Source: Candidatus Eiseniibacteriota bacterium
GTDB lineage: Bacteria; Eisenbacteria; RBG-16-71-46; CAZAMP01
Assembly: GCA_965224245.1 (NCBI GenBank)
Contig: OZ245046.1
Location: forward strand, 6,176,001 to 6,240,000
Direction of reading: 5' to 3'
Length of the DNA: 64,000 nucleotides
Shown here: positions 29,252 through 39,932 of the stretch, in pieces
How the letters are laid out: each line of letters starts with the position of its first letter
Numbering within the stretch: position 1 is the stretch's first letter
The notes under the pieces: model-generated
Database searches by the model: none
Told to the model about the DNA's origin: nothing
Seen by the model: the letters and a program-made list of their open reading frames with translations, nothing else
Translations under genes and position numbers: made by a program

Positions 29252-32245
29252 ATGAGCTACACGCCTCGGCCCACCGCATGGACGGCAGGGCTGGTGCTTC
29301 TGGCCGCGTTCGGACTGTCCACGGTCTCCTTCGCCGGGTCCAAAGACGGTCTCGTCGCTTCTCGAGTCGACAATCGAAAACCGGCATCCACACACCCCGG
29401 AGGGTCGGCCCATTCAGGTTCGCGCGGTGAGTTCGTAGCGGATCGGTCGGCAGGGGGTTGTTCGTTGGACGGGTTTGAGACCTTCTCTTCCGGCGACGGT
29501 GGCTCCATCCCGGACTACGATCCGGTCGGTCTCTGGCTGGGTCCGCTCACGATCCCAGTTGCTCTGGCTCCCATCGACGCAGTGGCACTCGAGGTGACCT
29601 TGGACCACTCGTGGGTGGGAGATCTCACCCTCGAGCTGCACTACGATGTGAACGGAGACGGAACGCCTGACATGGGTCCGGTAGCAGCCCTCTGTCGGCC
29701 AGGACTTGACGGCTGTGATGACGGCTGCTGCGGTTGCAGCGGAGACATCTCCGGAGTCTACTATTTCGCCGACATGGGATCCGACCCTCTGGGTGAGGAG
29801 TGCGTCTCCGACCTCTCTCCGGGGTGCTACTCGGCCGCCATTGAGAGCGATCCCTTCGACCTGTTTCGCGATGCGCCCAGGGGTGGGGACTTCTACTTGC
29901 ATGTGGCTGATCACGCCGGAGAAGATACGGGCTCAATCTCCGCATGGTCCGTCCACATCTCGGGAATAGGCTCTGGTGCTGAGGCGGGATTCACCGACGT
30001 CACTCTGCCCCCGCTGGATGACGGAAGACTGGGGAACAACGGCGTATCGTGGTGCGACTACGACATGGACGGGGACCAGGATCTCTTCCTGACGAACGAG
30101 GACCCGAGCTCGACGAACCATCTGTTTCGGAACGATGGTGCGGGGACGTTCTCCGCCGTGACAGGCTCCGGACTCGAGGGCCCATGGAAGAGCTTCGCTG
30201 CGGCGTGGGCGGATTACGACAATGACGGTGACCCGGACGTCTACGTCACCAACGCTGACGAGCCAAACGTCCTCTTCCGGAACGAAGGCGGGGGTGTGTT
30301 TGCCGGTCAGTCGGGGGGCGCTCTTGGAGATCCTGGGCGCAGCCGTGGTGTCTCCTGGGTGGATCACGACCTCGACGGAGACCTGGATCTGTACGTTGCG
30401 AACGAGAATGGAGCGAACCGGCTCTTGCGAAACGACGGCAGCGACGTGTTCGTGGACGCGACGACGGGTCCGGAAGGGGATACGCTGGGCAGCCAGGCAG
30501 GCGTGTGGGGCGACTACGATAACGACGGGGACCCCGACCTCTACATCACCAACGCCGGCTCAGCGAACAGATTGCTCAGGAACGACGGGGAGGGTGTGCT
30601 CGTCGACGTGACGAGCGGGCCCCTGGGTGACACGGGGTTCTCGTTCGGGGCCGCGTGGGGTGATCACGACAACGATGGGGACCTGGATCTCTACGTCTGC
30701 AACTTCCTGACCGCGAGCAAGCTGTTCCGAAACGACGGCGCCGGTTCCTTTGCGGCGCTGACCGCGGGTCCGCTGGGAGACACGGGAAACGACATCGGCG
30801 TGGCCTGGGCCGATCACGATAGCGACGGGGACCTCGATCTCTACCTGACCAGCGAGAACACCGGGAATCGTCTGCTGGAGAATGTGGGCAGTGACACATT
30901 CGTGGATTCGGGTACTGCTCCGGCCAGTAACGGGGGACGGAGCCGGGGTGTTGCCTGGGGTGACTTCGATGACGACGGAGATGTGGACCTCTACCTCGTC
31001 AATACCGATCGGGCGAGTCGGCTGCTCCGGAACGAGAGCCTGGTCAACCACTGGCTCCGTGTCGACCTGGAAGGCACGGAATCAAACCGGTCAGGAATCG
31101 GGGCGCGCGTTCGCGTAGTCGCTGGAGGAGTCAGCCAGATCCGTGAGATCGCGTCGGGAAGCGGCTACCTGTCCCAGAACTCACTGACAGCGGAGTTCGG
31201 TCTCGGCGCGCTGACCGTCGTGGATTCGGTCATCGTCCACTGGCCAAGCGGAATCGTGCAGAAGATGACCGATCTCGATGTTCGTCAGCGGGCTCAGATC
31301 GTGGAGGGAACCGCCGAGCCTCGAGTGCACACGATTCGGGATGTCGGGAACGATCAGGGCAGGCGAGTCGAGATTGCCTTCGCCGGCTCCACTCACGACG
31401 CACCGACCTCCTCCACTCCAGTCGTCGAATACGAGGTCTACCGACGGATCGACCCCCTTTCGCGCACGCGTGGGGTCACGAGTGAGAAGGGAGAAGCGGC
31501 CTCACCTGCCATGTCGGCGTGGGACTTCGTGGACGCAGTCCCGGCCCACGGGGACTCGGAGTACGCTCTGGTCGTCGAGACGCTCGCTGACTCGACCACC
31601 TCGACCGGATTGCATTGGTCGGTCTTCTTCATTCGCGCTGCGACGGCCGCTCCTTTCACCTTCTACGACTCCGCGCCCGACTCAGGGTACTCGGTCGACA
31701 ATCTGGCACCTGGCGTCCCGGCAAATCTCCGGCTCGCGCAACCGACCGTCCTCGTGTGGGATGAGGCGCCGGAGGCGGACTTCGACTTCTACACCGTCTA
31801 TGGCTCACGTAACGCGGGGCTCGATGGGACCGCGATCGCGATCGGACGTACGGTGAACGCGACACTGTCGATAGCTGGGCACGAGTATGCCCATGTGACG
31901 GCGACCGACGTCGCGGGCAACGAAGGAGAGGCCGCGAGCATGAAGCTCACCAGTGGCATCCCGGGCAATTCGTCGCCACTTCCCTACGCGCTTCGCGCCG
32001 TGCGTCCGAACCCTTTCCGTTCGGAAACGCTCGTCGAGTTCGATTTGCCTCAGGCAGCCCGAGTCCAGCTGGAGCTGTTCGACGTGACCGGTCAGCGGGT
32101 ACGCGTCGTTGTCGACCATCGATATGGGGCGGGGCGCCATGCGGCGTCACTCAGGACGTATGGCGCCATCGCGCCGGGTGTCTATTTCCTCCGCCTTCGT
32201 GCAAGTGAGTTCAGGGACAGCCGGCGAGTGATCGTCATCGAGTAG
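29252..32245 (+). CDS. Secreted P-domain + FG-GAP/VCBS + ASPIC/UnbV protein with DQGR module and T9SS-like CTD
   Basis: GAGGAG RBS; P-domain motifs HSWVGDLTLEL...DHAGEDTGSISAWS; WGDYDNDGDxDLY repeats; SNRSGIGARV...GSGYLSQ...FGLG...WPSG; PNPF...PGVYFLRL. Confidence 0.9.
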   Translation: MSYTPRPTAWTAGLVLLAAFGLSTVSFAGSKDGLVASRVDNRKPASTHPGGSAHSGSRGEFVADRSAGGCSLDGFETFSSGDGGSIPDYDPVGLWLGPLTIPVALAPIDAVALEVTLDHSWVGDLTLELHYDVNGDGTPDMGPVAALCRPGLDGCDDGCCGCSGDISGVYYFADMGSDPLGEECVSDLSPGCYSAAIESDPFDLFRDAPRGGDFYLHVADHAGEDTGSISAWSVHISGIGSGAEAGFTDVTLPPLDDGRLGNNGVSWCDYDMDGDQDLFLTNEDPSSTNHLFRNDGAGTFSAVTGSGLEGPWKSFAAAWADYDNDGDPDVYVTNADEPNVLFRNEGGGVFAGQSGGALGDPGRSRGVSWVDHDLDGDLDLYVANENGANRLLRNDGSDVFVDATTGPEGDTLGSQAGVWGDYDNDGDPDLYITNAGSANRLLRNDGEGVLVDVTSGPLGDTGFSFGAAWGDHDNDGDLDLYVCNFLTASKLFRNDGAGSFAALTAGPLGDTGNDIGVAWADHDSDGDLDLYLTSENTGNRLLENVGSDTFVDSGTAPASNGGRSRGVAWGDFDDDGDVDLYLVNTDRASRLLRNESLVNHWLRVDLEGTESNRSGIGARVRVVAGGVSQIREIASGSGYLSQNSLTAEFGLGALTVVDSVIVHWPSGIVQKMTDLDVRQRAQIVEGTAEPRVHTIRDVGNDQGRRVEIAFAGSTHDAPTSSTPVVEYEVYRRIDPLSRTRGVTSEKGEAASPAMSAWDFVDAVPAHGDSEYALVVETLADSTTSTGLHWSVFFIRAATAAPFTFYDSAPDSGYSVDNLAPGVPANLRLAQPTVLVWDEAPEADFDFYTVYGSRNAGLDGTAIAIGRTVNATLSIAGHEYAHVTATDVAGNEGEAASMKLTSGIPGNSSPLPYALRAVRPNPFRSETLVEFDLPQAARVQLELFDVTGQRVRVVVDHRYGAGRHAASLRTYGAIAPGVYFLRLRASEFRDSRRVIVIE

Positions 32246-32262
32246 GTCCCACGTGAAGGGCA

Positions 32263-35200
32263 ATGTCCGGAGCATCAACGCGGAGTGTATTCGTGAGACT
32301 CTTGTCCGTCTCAGCTGTCGTGCTCGTCGTGGCCATTAGCTCCTCCGTGGATGCCAGCGATGCGGGCCTGGTGTCGATGCGGCCGGGAGAGGGAGGACGG
32401 GACAGTCGTCACGTCCGCGCGACAGAGAGTGGCGGGTCAAACGAGCTCGAGACTCCCGCAACGCATTCGGCTCCGTCCGAGGCCGGATCGAGAGTTGCTC
32501 CCTGCTCGGGGATGGAGTCTCCCATGTGGGAGCAGCTCCCGATAGACGGGGCACTGAGCAGCCAGGATGACCTGTGCTATCCGTTCGAAACGAAACGAGC
32601 CGACAACTTCGTCGCGAGCGGAGGCGAGATTGCTGGTGTTTCGTGGTGGGGGAGTTTCTGGAACGGGACGGCGAGTACTCCGGATGCATTTCGCATCCAG
32701 TTCTTCACGGACTGGGAGGGGCGGGGAATCCCCGACACGCAGATCTTCTCCGAGGATGTGACGGACTTCGATCAGACGTGGACGGGCGCCTCCTGGGAGT
32801 ACTGCGCCATTCTTTCGTCACACTTCGTCACGGTCCCGGGCGAGACCTATTGGGTTTCCATCCAGGCGGTGCATTGCTTTCCCCCTCAATGGGGGATTCT
32901 CGAGGGCGACGGAGATGGGGTGGGCTCGGTCATGTGGTCTCCGTTCTTTGGCTACGACGAATGGACACCAAATGAGGTGGTGGATGGTTATACGGCCGAT
33001 CTCGCCTTTGCCCTGCTGACCGAGCCGGTCGAGTTCCCTCAGCCCAGTTTCGTCGATGTGTCTGACCCACCGCTCGACGACGTGGGAAACAGCGGCGGGG
33101 TGGCCTGGGGCGACTACGACAACGATGGAGATGCTGACCTGTATCTCTCGAACCGCGGAACGGCGAACAGGCTGTTTCGCAACGATGGCGGCGGAACGTG
33201 GGTGGACGCGACGTCCGAGCCACTCGGAGACGTCGCGAACGGCAATGGCGTTGCGTGGGCCGACTACGACAACGACGGCGATCTCGATCTCTACCTCGCG
33301 AACAACGGGTCAGCAAACAGGCTCTTTCGGAACGACGGAGGGGGCGCCTTCGTGGACGTCACCAGCACGCCGCTGGACGATTCCGCCGGAGGGTTTGGAG
33401 TCGCGTGGGTGGATTATGACAACGACGGCGATGTGGATCTATACCTGGGAAACGACGGCTCAGCCAACAAGCTCTTCCGCAACGATGGCGGTACATGGGT
33501 AGACGCCACGAGCGTCCCGCTCGATAGCCCTGAGAGATGTCGAGGACTGGCCTGGGGAGATTATGACGACGACGGCGACCTCGATCTCTACATCGCCAAC
33601 CGGGGATCGGCGAATCAGCTGATCCGAAATGATGGCGGGGGCGCGTTCGCGGACATCACCACCGCCCCTCTGGATGACGTCGGGAATGGCAACGGTGTGG
33701 CGTGGGGAGACTATGACAACGACGGCGATCTCGACCTGTACCTTGCCAACGGTACCGGTCAGGCCAACAAGCTGTTTCGCAACGAAGAGGGGGGGGCGTG
33801 GGTGGATGCCACCTCTGCACCGCTGGACGATGCCGGGAGCGGGGTCGGTGTGGCCTGGGGGGACTATGACAACGACGGGGACCTCGATCTGTACCTCGCG
33901 AATGACGGTTCCGCGAACAAGCTACTTCGCAATGACGGCATGGGTACGTTCGCGGACGTCACCGACGTGCCGCTGGATGACGGCGGGAATGGTCGAGGAG
34001 TGGCATGGGGAGACTATGACGACGATGGCGATCTCGACCTCTACATCGCGAACGCCACATCATCGAATAGACTGATCCGCACTGACCTCCCGGACGGACA
34101 GAACTGGTTGCAAGTGGAGTTGGTGGGGACCGTATCCAACCGGGCGGCCATCGGGGCACGAGTGGATGTGCTGACCGATGACACCTGGCACACGCGCCAG
34201 GTATCCGGTGGCTCTGGCTACTTCTCTCAGGATGGGCTCGTGGCCTCGTTCGGGCTGGGAGCTGCGATGCTGGTGGATTCGCTCATCGTGTCCTGGCCGA
34301 GCGGCATCTCGCAAAGAGGAGCCGCGGTGGCTGCGAATCAGCGGGTGCGGATCGTGGAAGCGAACTTCCTGCCGAGCATTCTCGGTGTGACGGACGCCGC
34401 CGGCGATCAGGGTCGGAGAGTGCGGGTCACGTTTGCCCGATCGGGAGGAGACGAGGAGATCTCCTGGCCCCCCGTGATCCGGTACGAGATCTATCGCCGA
34501 CGCGATGAGCTTCCCCGCATGGCTTCATCTCAATCGAACGCAGATCCGTCAGTCGCAAGCACGCCGGTCACCTGGCAACGGGATCCAGGGTCGTCTCGAG
34601 ACGATGTGGCCTGGCACCTCGCGGGTCGGGTTCCGGCCCACGGCGCGTCCGATTACAACCTACTCGTCGACACCCTCGCGGATTCGACCATCACGGACGG
34701 TATGCACTGGTCGGTCTTCTTCGTCCGCGCGGTCACCGCCGATCCATACACCTTTTTCGACTCATCACCCGATTCCGGCTACTCAGTAGACAATCTGCCA
34801 CCGGAAGCTCCGACCAACCTGTACTTCCCGGAGCCGACTACGCTCGTTTGGGACGAGGCCCCCGAGGACGACTTCGACTACTTCACCGTCTACGGCTCGT
34901 CCACCGCAGAGTTCGACGAGACGGCGGTCGTGGTCGGAGAGACTGAACTGCCCACCTTGCCGGTGTCGGGGCACCTGTTCTACCACGTCACCGCCCGCGA
35001 CTTCGCCGGCAACGAGGGGACAGCCTCGGCCATAGAGGCCCTCCTCGGGGTCCCGGGGACTCCGCCCCCGACGGCCTACGCGATCCGTTCCGTACACCCG
35101 AACCCGTTCCGCGCGGGAACGAGCATCGGGTTCGATCTGCCGCAGGCGGGATCCGTGCACCTGGCCGTCTTCGATGCCACGGGGCGGATGGTGCGCGAAG

Positions 35201-35349
35201 TCGTGACGGGGAGATACCCCGAAGGGCGACACATGGCGTCCTGGGATGGTCGGAACGGGACCGATCAGCTGGTGGCGCCGGGGATGTATTTCGTCCGGAT
35301 GACCGCCGGTGGCTCGACGGCGGTGCGGCGCGTGGTGAGGTTGCGCTGA
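32263..35349 (+). CDS. Secreted FG-GAP/VCBS + ASPIC/UnbV protein with DQGR module and FlgD-Ig CTD
   Basis: Signal peptide; seven ~48-aa GVAWGDYDNDGDLDLYLAN repeats; SNRAAIGARV...GGSGYFSQ; WDGRNGTD..VAPGMYFVRM. Confidence 0.92.
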   Translation: MSGASTRSVFVRLLSVSAVVLVVAISSSVDASDAGLVSMRPGEGGRDSRHVRATESGGSNELETPATHSAPSEAGSRVAPCSGMESPMWEQLPIDGALSSQDDLCYPFETKRADNFVASGGEIAGVSWWGSFWNGTASTPDAFRIQFFTDWEGRGIPDTQIFSEDVTDFDQTWTGASWEYCAILSSHFVTVPGETYWVSIQAVHCFPPQWGILEGDGDGVGSVMWSPFFGYDEWTPNEVVDGYTADLAFALLTEPVEFPQPSFVDVSDPPLDDVGNSGGVAWGDYDNDGDADLYLSNRGTANRLFRNDGGGTWVDATSEPLGDVANGNGVAWADYDNDGDLDLYLANNGSANRLFRNDGGGAFVDVTSTPLDDSAGGFGVAWVDYDNDGDVDLYLGNDGSANKLFRNDGGTWVDATSVPLDSPERCRGLAWGDYDDDGDLDLYIANRGSANQLIRNDGGGAFADITTAPLDDVGNGNGVAWGDYDNDGDLDLYLANGTGQANKLFRNEEGGAWVDATSAPLDDAGSGVGVAWGDYDNDGDLDLYLANDGSANKLLRNDGMGTFADVTDVPLDDGGNGRGVAWGDYDDDGDLDLYIANATSSNRLIRTDLPDGQNWLQVELVGTVSNRAAIGARVDVLTDDTWHTRQVSGGSGYFSQDGLVASFGLGAAMLVDSLIVSWPSGISQRGAAVAANQRVRIVEANFLPSILGVTDAAGDQGRRVRVTFARSGGDEEISWPPVIRYEIYRRRDELPRMASSQSNADPSVASTPVTWQRDPGSSRDDVAWHLAGRVPAHGASDYNLLVDTLADSTITDGMHWSVFFVRAVTADPYTFFDSSPDSGYSVDNLPPEAPTNLYFPEPTTLVWDEAPEDDFDYFTVYGSSTAEFDETAVVVGETELPTLPVSGHLFYHVTARDFAGNEGTASAIEALLGVPGTPPPTAYAIRSVHPNPFRAGTSIGFDLPQAGSVHLAVFDATGRMVREVVTGRYPEGRHMASWDGRNGTDQLVAPGMYFVRMTAGGSTAVRRVVRLR

Positions 35350-35367
35350 TAGGGGATGGCCCTGTCG

Positions 35368-35403
35368 AGAGGCGGTTCTCTCCGGCCGGGAGAGGGTCGC
35401 CTC
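35368..35403 (+). terminator. GC-rich hairpin after 35349
   Basis: gaggcg..ctctcc-ggccg-ggagag..cgcctc imperfect stem; no clear U-tract. Confidence 0.35.
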
Positions 35404-35559
35404 CTGTCGTTGTGTCGGGACAGTCGGGATGACCGCGATGGACGGCAGCGTCGACGACGAGCCACGCCGACGTTTTGCGGATTAAACCGGCGTCGCGGCC
35501 AGAGTCGCCATGACCGTGATCCGCCCCGCCCTTCGCTCGGAACGGATGAGGAGGCCACG

Positions 35560-38500
35560 ATGACCGGTGACGTCGACGAACGGACCCATCCTCGAGTCTC
35601 ACTCTCGACGCGGCGGCGCCTGGCGACGACTGTCGCCACGGCGATGCTGCTCGTCGCCCCGGCCGGGGATGCCGCGAACGTGTACGTCGAGGACTTCACG
35701 ACGACCACCTACATGGATCCGGCGGCCACCACGGCGGACTGGAACACGGTCGACGGCGAGCTCAAGCTCTTCCCGTTCGTTCCCACGATCGAGGGGTCTT
35801 ACGACACACCGGACAATGCCACCGACGTGGCGATCTCCGGTGATCTCGCATTCGTGGCGGGTTTCTCGGCGGGACTGCAGATCCTGGACATCGCCAATCC
35901 GGCGGCACCCGTGCTCCTGGGCACACTCGATACGCCCGGCTTCGCCATCGGCGTGGCCGTGTCCGGGGATCTCGCGTTCGTGGCGGACTACTTCTCTGGG
36001 CTTCAGATCATCGACATCACCGACCCGAGCGCACCGGCGCTGGTGGGGACGTTCAGCACGCCCGGCACCGCGTGGGGTGTGGCCATCGACGGAGATCTGG
36101 CCTTCGTGGCCGATCAGGGTTCCGGCCTTCAGATCGTCGACATTGCGGACCCATCCACTCCGGCACTCGCAGGTAGCGTCGATACTCCGGGCACCGCCTA
36201 TGATGTGGCCGTTGCCGGGAACGTCGCCTACGTCGCGGACGATGCGTTCGGTCTTCAGGCGGTCGACATCAGCGATCCGACGACCCCGGCGATCGTGGGC
36301 GTCGTCGACACCCCCGGCCTCGCCCGTGGTGTGGCCGTGTCCGGAGACAACGCCTTCGTGGGGGATGGGACCTCCGGTCTGCAGGTGATCGACATCAGCG
36401 ATCCCACGGCACCCACAATCGTCGGAAACGTGGACACTCCGGGGGAGGCATGGGGTGTGGTTGCGGATGGAGATCGGGCATACGTGGCGGACTCGGGCTT
36501 CGGACTTCAGGTGGTCGACGTCTCCGTGCCGGCGAGCCCCATGATCCTCGCCGGCGCGGACACACCCGGGGCTGCCATCGCAGTCGCGGTTGCTGGGAGC
36601 CGGGCATTCGTTGCGGATCAGGCCTTTGGACTTCAAGTGGTCGACGTCTGGAGCATGGCCCCCACGATCGTCGTGGGCAGCGTGGAGACGCTAGGGGTCG
36701 CATGGGGTGTGGCTGCGGATGGGGATCGGGCATACGTTACGTACTATGATGAGCTCGGTTCCGGCCTCCAGGTTGTCGATATCGCCGATCCAACGATGCC
36801 ACTGATCGTGGGCAGTGTGAGTGTTTCGAACACCGCCCTGAGCGTTGTGGTCACGGGAAACGTGGCGCTCGTGACGAACTTCTCTGGCCTGCAAGTAATC
36901 GACATCTCGGATCCAGCAAGTCCCGCGATCGTGGGCAGCGTGAATACTCCGGATTTTGCCTGGGGCGTTGCGGTCACGGGGGACGTGGCGTTGGTGGCGG
37001 ACAGTTATTCCGGCCTGCAAGTAATCGACATCACCGACCCAACGAGTCCCACGATCGTGGGCAGCATAGGTTTGCCGGACATCGCCTGGGGCGTCGCGGT
37101 CGCGGGAGACGTGGCATTGGTCGCGGTTGATTTCTCCGGCCTGTTCGTAGTCGACATCACCGACCCGACGAGTCCCACGGTCGTGGGCAGCGTGGATACG
37201 CCGGGGGAGGCCTACGGTGTTGCCATCTCGGGAGACCTGGCGTTCGTCACGGACCGCGATTCCGGCCTGTTTGTAGTCGACATCACCGATCCCACAAGTC
37301 CCGCGATCGTGGGCAGCGTGAATACCCCGGGGGAGGCCTTTGGCGTTTCGGTCACGGGAGACATGGTATTCGTGGCAGACAGCTACTACGGAATGCAGAC
37401 CATCGACATCGCCGATCCAACGAGTCCCACGATTGTGGGCACCGTGGATACACCCGGAGCCGTCCGGGCAGTCGCACCTGCGGGAGGCGTCGCATTCGTG
37501 GCGGATGGTTCCCACGGCCTGCAAGTCGTCGAGTTTGTCCAGGACGCGTTTGCCCTTACCGACGATGCCGGCCAATCCCTACCGGTCGACACCGCCGATG
37601 ACGTCATCGTCCGGGCGCGTCTGTCGAGCGTACAGTGGGGAAGCGTGAGCTGGGAACTCAGTGCCAATGGTGGTGCGACCTTCGCGCCTGCACTCCCGGG
37701 CGCTACCTGGACGGTACTCACACCTGGTGATGATCTGGTCTGGCACTCCACGCACACCTACGTCTCCGACGGTGTGAACCCTACAGTCTCCGACCTGACC
37801 GTCGAGTGGCTCAACGAGTTCGCGACCATCACCCGAGTTGCGGACATTCCATACGACCAGGGACGGCAGGTACGTGTGGAGTGGCAGCGCAGCGGCCACG
37901 ACTTCGCCGGAGATCCCTCCCAGGTCATCGAGTATGCGGTCTATCGGAAGATCGACGAGGGACTGTCGCGGTTCCCCGAACGGGCCGTTGCGAATCTGGC
38001 GCAGAGTGCGGTACCGAACATCGCCCGGAACCACGCGGCGATGATGCGGGCCGCGGGGTGGGACTACCTGGTCACGGTCCCCGTGCTTCTCGAGGACGAG
38101 TATGCAGCAGTGGTGCCGACACTGAGGGACTCGACGGCCGCCGACGGTCAGTACTACTCGACATTTCGTGTGACGGCACTCACGGCCACGCCCGGGGTGT
38201 TCTTCCACTCGTATCCGGACAGCGGATACTCGGTCGACAATCTGGCACCGGGTGTTCCGGCCGGTCTGATGTTGAACGGCGCCGAGCTATCCTGGGAGGA
38301 CGCCCCCGAGGAGGACTTCCAGCACCACTCGGTCTATGGCTCGGCTATGGCGGAGCTCGATCCATCGGCCACGCTGATCGGGTACACAGTCGATCCGACG
38401 TACGACGTGAGCAGTGTCTCGTACGGCTACTACCACGTGACCACGTCGGATCATGCGGGGAACGAAGGCGACGCGGCCAGCGTGGAAGGAGACCTTCTCT

Positions 38501-38802
38501 CGTCACCGGACGCACCGATCCCGACGGCGTACGCGCTGTCTCCGCCGGGGCCGAACCCGCTCCGCAGCGGGACATCGTTGACGTTTGCACTTCCCGAGGC
38601 GGGGAAGGTGCGGCTCGTGATCTACGACACGAGCGGTCGTACCGTACGGACGCTGGCGAACGGGACGTACACGGCGGCCGTCCATCGTGTGATCTGGGAT
38701 GTTCGCGACGACGGCGGTCGGCTCGTGGGGCCGGGTGTGTACTTCGCACGGATCACCGCGGGGACGTACGAGGCCGAACGTCGTCTCACGGTGATCAGGT
38801 GA
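35560..38802 (+). CDS. Secreted LVIVD-repeat protein with DQGR module and FlgD-Ig CTD
   Basis: GAGGAGG RBS; about 14 42-aa repeats of DTPGxAxGVAVSGDxAFVADxxSGLQVIDISDPxxPxIVG; CTD ends GVYFARITAGTYEAERRLTVIR. Confidence 0.92.
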   Translation: MTGDVDERTHPRVSLSTRRRLATTVATAMLLVAPAGDAANVYVEDFTTTTYMDPAATTADWNTVDGELKLFPFVPTIEGSYDTPDNATDVAISGDLAFVAGFSAGLQILDIANPAAPVLLGTLDTPGFAIGVAVSGDLAFVADYFSGLQIIDITDPSAPALVGTFSTPGTAWGVAIDGDLAFVADQGSGLQIVDIADPSTPALAGSVDTPGTAYDVAVAGNVAYVADDAFGLQAVDISDPTTPAIVGVVDTPGLARGVAVSGDNAFVGDGTSGLQVIDISDPTAPTIVGNVDTPGEAWGVVADGDRAYVADSGFGLQVVDVSVPASPMILAGADTPGAAIAVAVAGSRAFVADQAFGLQVVDVWSMAPTIVVGSVETLGVAWGVAADGDRAYVTYYDELGSGLQVVDIADPTMPLIVGSVSVSNTALSVVVTGNVALVTNFSGLQVIDISDPASPAIVGSVNTPDFAWGVAVTGDVALVADSYSGLQVIDITDPTSPTIVGSIGLPDIAWGVAVAGDVALVAVDFSGLFVVDITDPTSPTVVGSVDTPGEAYGVAISGDLAFVTDRDSGLFVVDITDPTSPAIVGSVNTPGEAFGVSVTGDMVFVADSYYGMQTIDIADPTSPTIVGTVDTPGAVRAVAPAGGVAFVADGSHGLQVVEFVQDAFALTDDAGQSLPVDTADDVIVRARLSSVQWGSVSWELSANGGATFAPALPGATWTVLTPGDDLVWHSTHTYVSDGVNPTVSDLTVEWLNEFATITRVADIPYDQGRQVRVEWQRSGHDFAGDPSQVIEYAVYRKIDEGLSRFPERAVANLAQSAVPNIARNHAAMMRAAGWDYLVTVPVLLEDEYAAVVPTLRDSTAADGQYYSTFRVTALTATPGVFFHSYPDSGYSVDNLAPGVPAGLMLNGAELSWEDAPEEDFQHHSVYGSAMAELDPSATLIGYTVDPTYDVSSVSYGYYHVTTSDHAGNEGDAASVEGDLLSSPDAPIPTAYALSPPGPNPLRSGTSLTFALPEAGKVRLVIYDTSGRTVRTLANGTYTAAVHRVIWDVRDDGGRLVGPGVYFARITAGTYEAERRLTVIR

Positions 38803-38866
38803 GTCCTGAGAAGTAGCGGTTCGCGACGCAGACGAACGACATGGGCTTCCTCTCCAGGTTTCACGA

Positions 38867-39913
38867 TCACCGCTCACCCCGGATGCGGTAGTTCTCCTCC
38901 AATCCCTCCCACAGCTTCGCGAACTGACGCTCGAAGACGGCGGCGTCCTCCCAGCCTTCGAACGAGATGATGTTGTATGTCCGCTTCAGGTAGCCAATGA
39001 GCGGCTGACCGAGACCGGTGGCGACACCGGGCTCCTCCCAGGAGTCATCCAGGGCAATGGGGCAAAGAACGCACCTGCCGAGCTCATGCTCCTTGGATCG
39101 TGCGGTCTCGATCTCCAATGCAATCCAGTCGCTCTTGAAGGCGGCTTCGGACAGGATCAGGATGGTGACGTCATGGAGGCGAACCGCGCGCGTGAGCTGC
39201 GGCGCTGTTGGGCCGGACTTGAGATCCTTGACATCCCGCCAATGGCGCAGTTTCTTCAAGGAGAAGGCGTCGCACAGCCGATCGGTGAACGCCGCACCGT
39301 CTGAGCGAGCGTACGATATGAACGCGCCTCCAATGACGAGCGGCCCCTGGGATACGATCGCGTCGAGTCTGTAGATCAAGCGGTGAACGGCGTCCTCGTC
39401 AGCGGCGATGTCGGATCGTCTCAGGTCGTAGGCGACGATGTCGAACTCCGAGAGGCCGCATCCTTCCAGAAAGGACCGCGGGAGGGACGGGTTCGCGGCA
39501 AGGGTCATCGTATCGAGGTAGGATGGTCCGATATGCTCGACGTGATCGAGTTCGCTTGCTCCGCCGAGGTCGGTCATCGCGAACACGGTCCAACCGAGGA
39601 CGGCAGACTTCAATGAGCAACCGGACAGGCTGGTCCCTCTCAACTCGGCGGCGTACAGACGTGCGCCGGTGAGGTCGGAATGTGCAAGGTCTGTATCGTG
39701 GAAGGCGCAGTGATAGAGATCAGTACCGTGAAAGCGGCAGTGCGACAGGTCCAGGTCGCCGAGGTCGGCAGAAGCGATCCGAAGGCCGGAGAAGTCCGCT
39801 CCGCGCAGACTTGGAAGGGCCATGCGATTGCTCCTGGTCAGTCTCCAGGTGTTCCACTCGCAGACCCCCTCGTCACCTCCCCCGAGCAGCGATAGCGCTC
39901 TCTCGCGTGTCAT
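38867..39913 (-). CDS. Pentapeptide-repeat + TIR domain protein
   Basis: LRGADFSG..ADLxxxDL pentapeptides; TIR motifs AFISYARSD...WRD...ILILSEAAFKSDWIALEI...LCPIALD. Start placed at 39913 because the upstream DNA is a paralogue remnant. Confidence 0.88.
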   Translation of the reverse strand: MTRERALSLLGGGDEGVCEWNTWRLTRSNRMALPSLRGADFSGLRIASADLGDLDLSHCRFHGTDLYHCAFHDTDLAHSDLTGARLYAAELRGTSLSGCSLKSAVLGWTVFAMTDLGGASELDHVEHIGPSYLDTMTLAANPSLPRSFLEGCGLSEFDIVAYDLRRSDIAADEDAVHRLIYRLDAIVSQGPLVIGGAFISYARSDGAAFTDRLCDAFSLKKLRHWRDVKDLKSGPTAPQLTRAVRLHDVTILILSEAAFKSDWIALEIETARSKEHELGRCVLCPIALDDSWEEPGVATGLGQPLIGYLKRTYNIISFEGWEDAAVFERQFAKLWEGLEENYRIRGER

Positions 39914-39932
39914 CTCGGTGGTCACCGGCAGT

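Noticed and set aside
18117-33796. Other G8 tracts (near 18117, 20898, 33789) as phase-variation switches
   Set aside because: All are in frame within Gly codons of intact ORFs, which is expected at this GC content.
33050-37530. CRISPR array or DGR template/variable repeats
   Set aside because: Repeats are codon-phased protein repeats without unique spacers; no cas or reverse transcriptase gene, and no adenine-specific mismatch pattern noticed.
38853-38870. VIVKP-encoding 18-mer resembling an rve-integrase motif after the TIR stop
   Set aside because: Too short to distinguish from chance.
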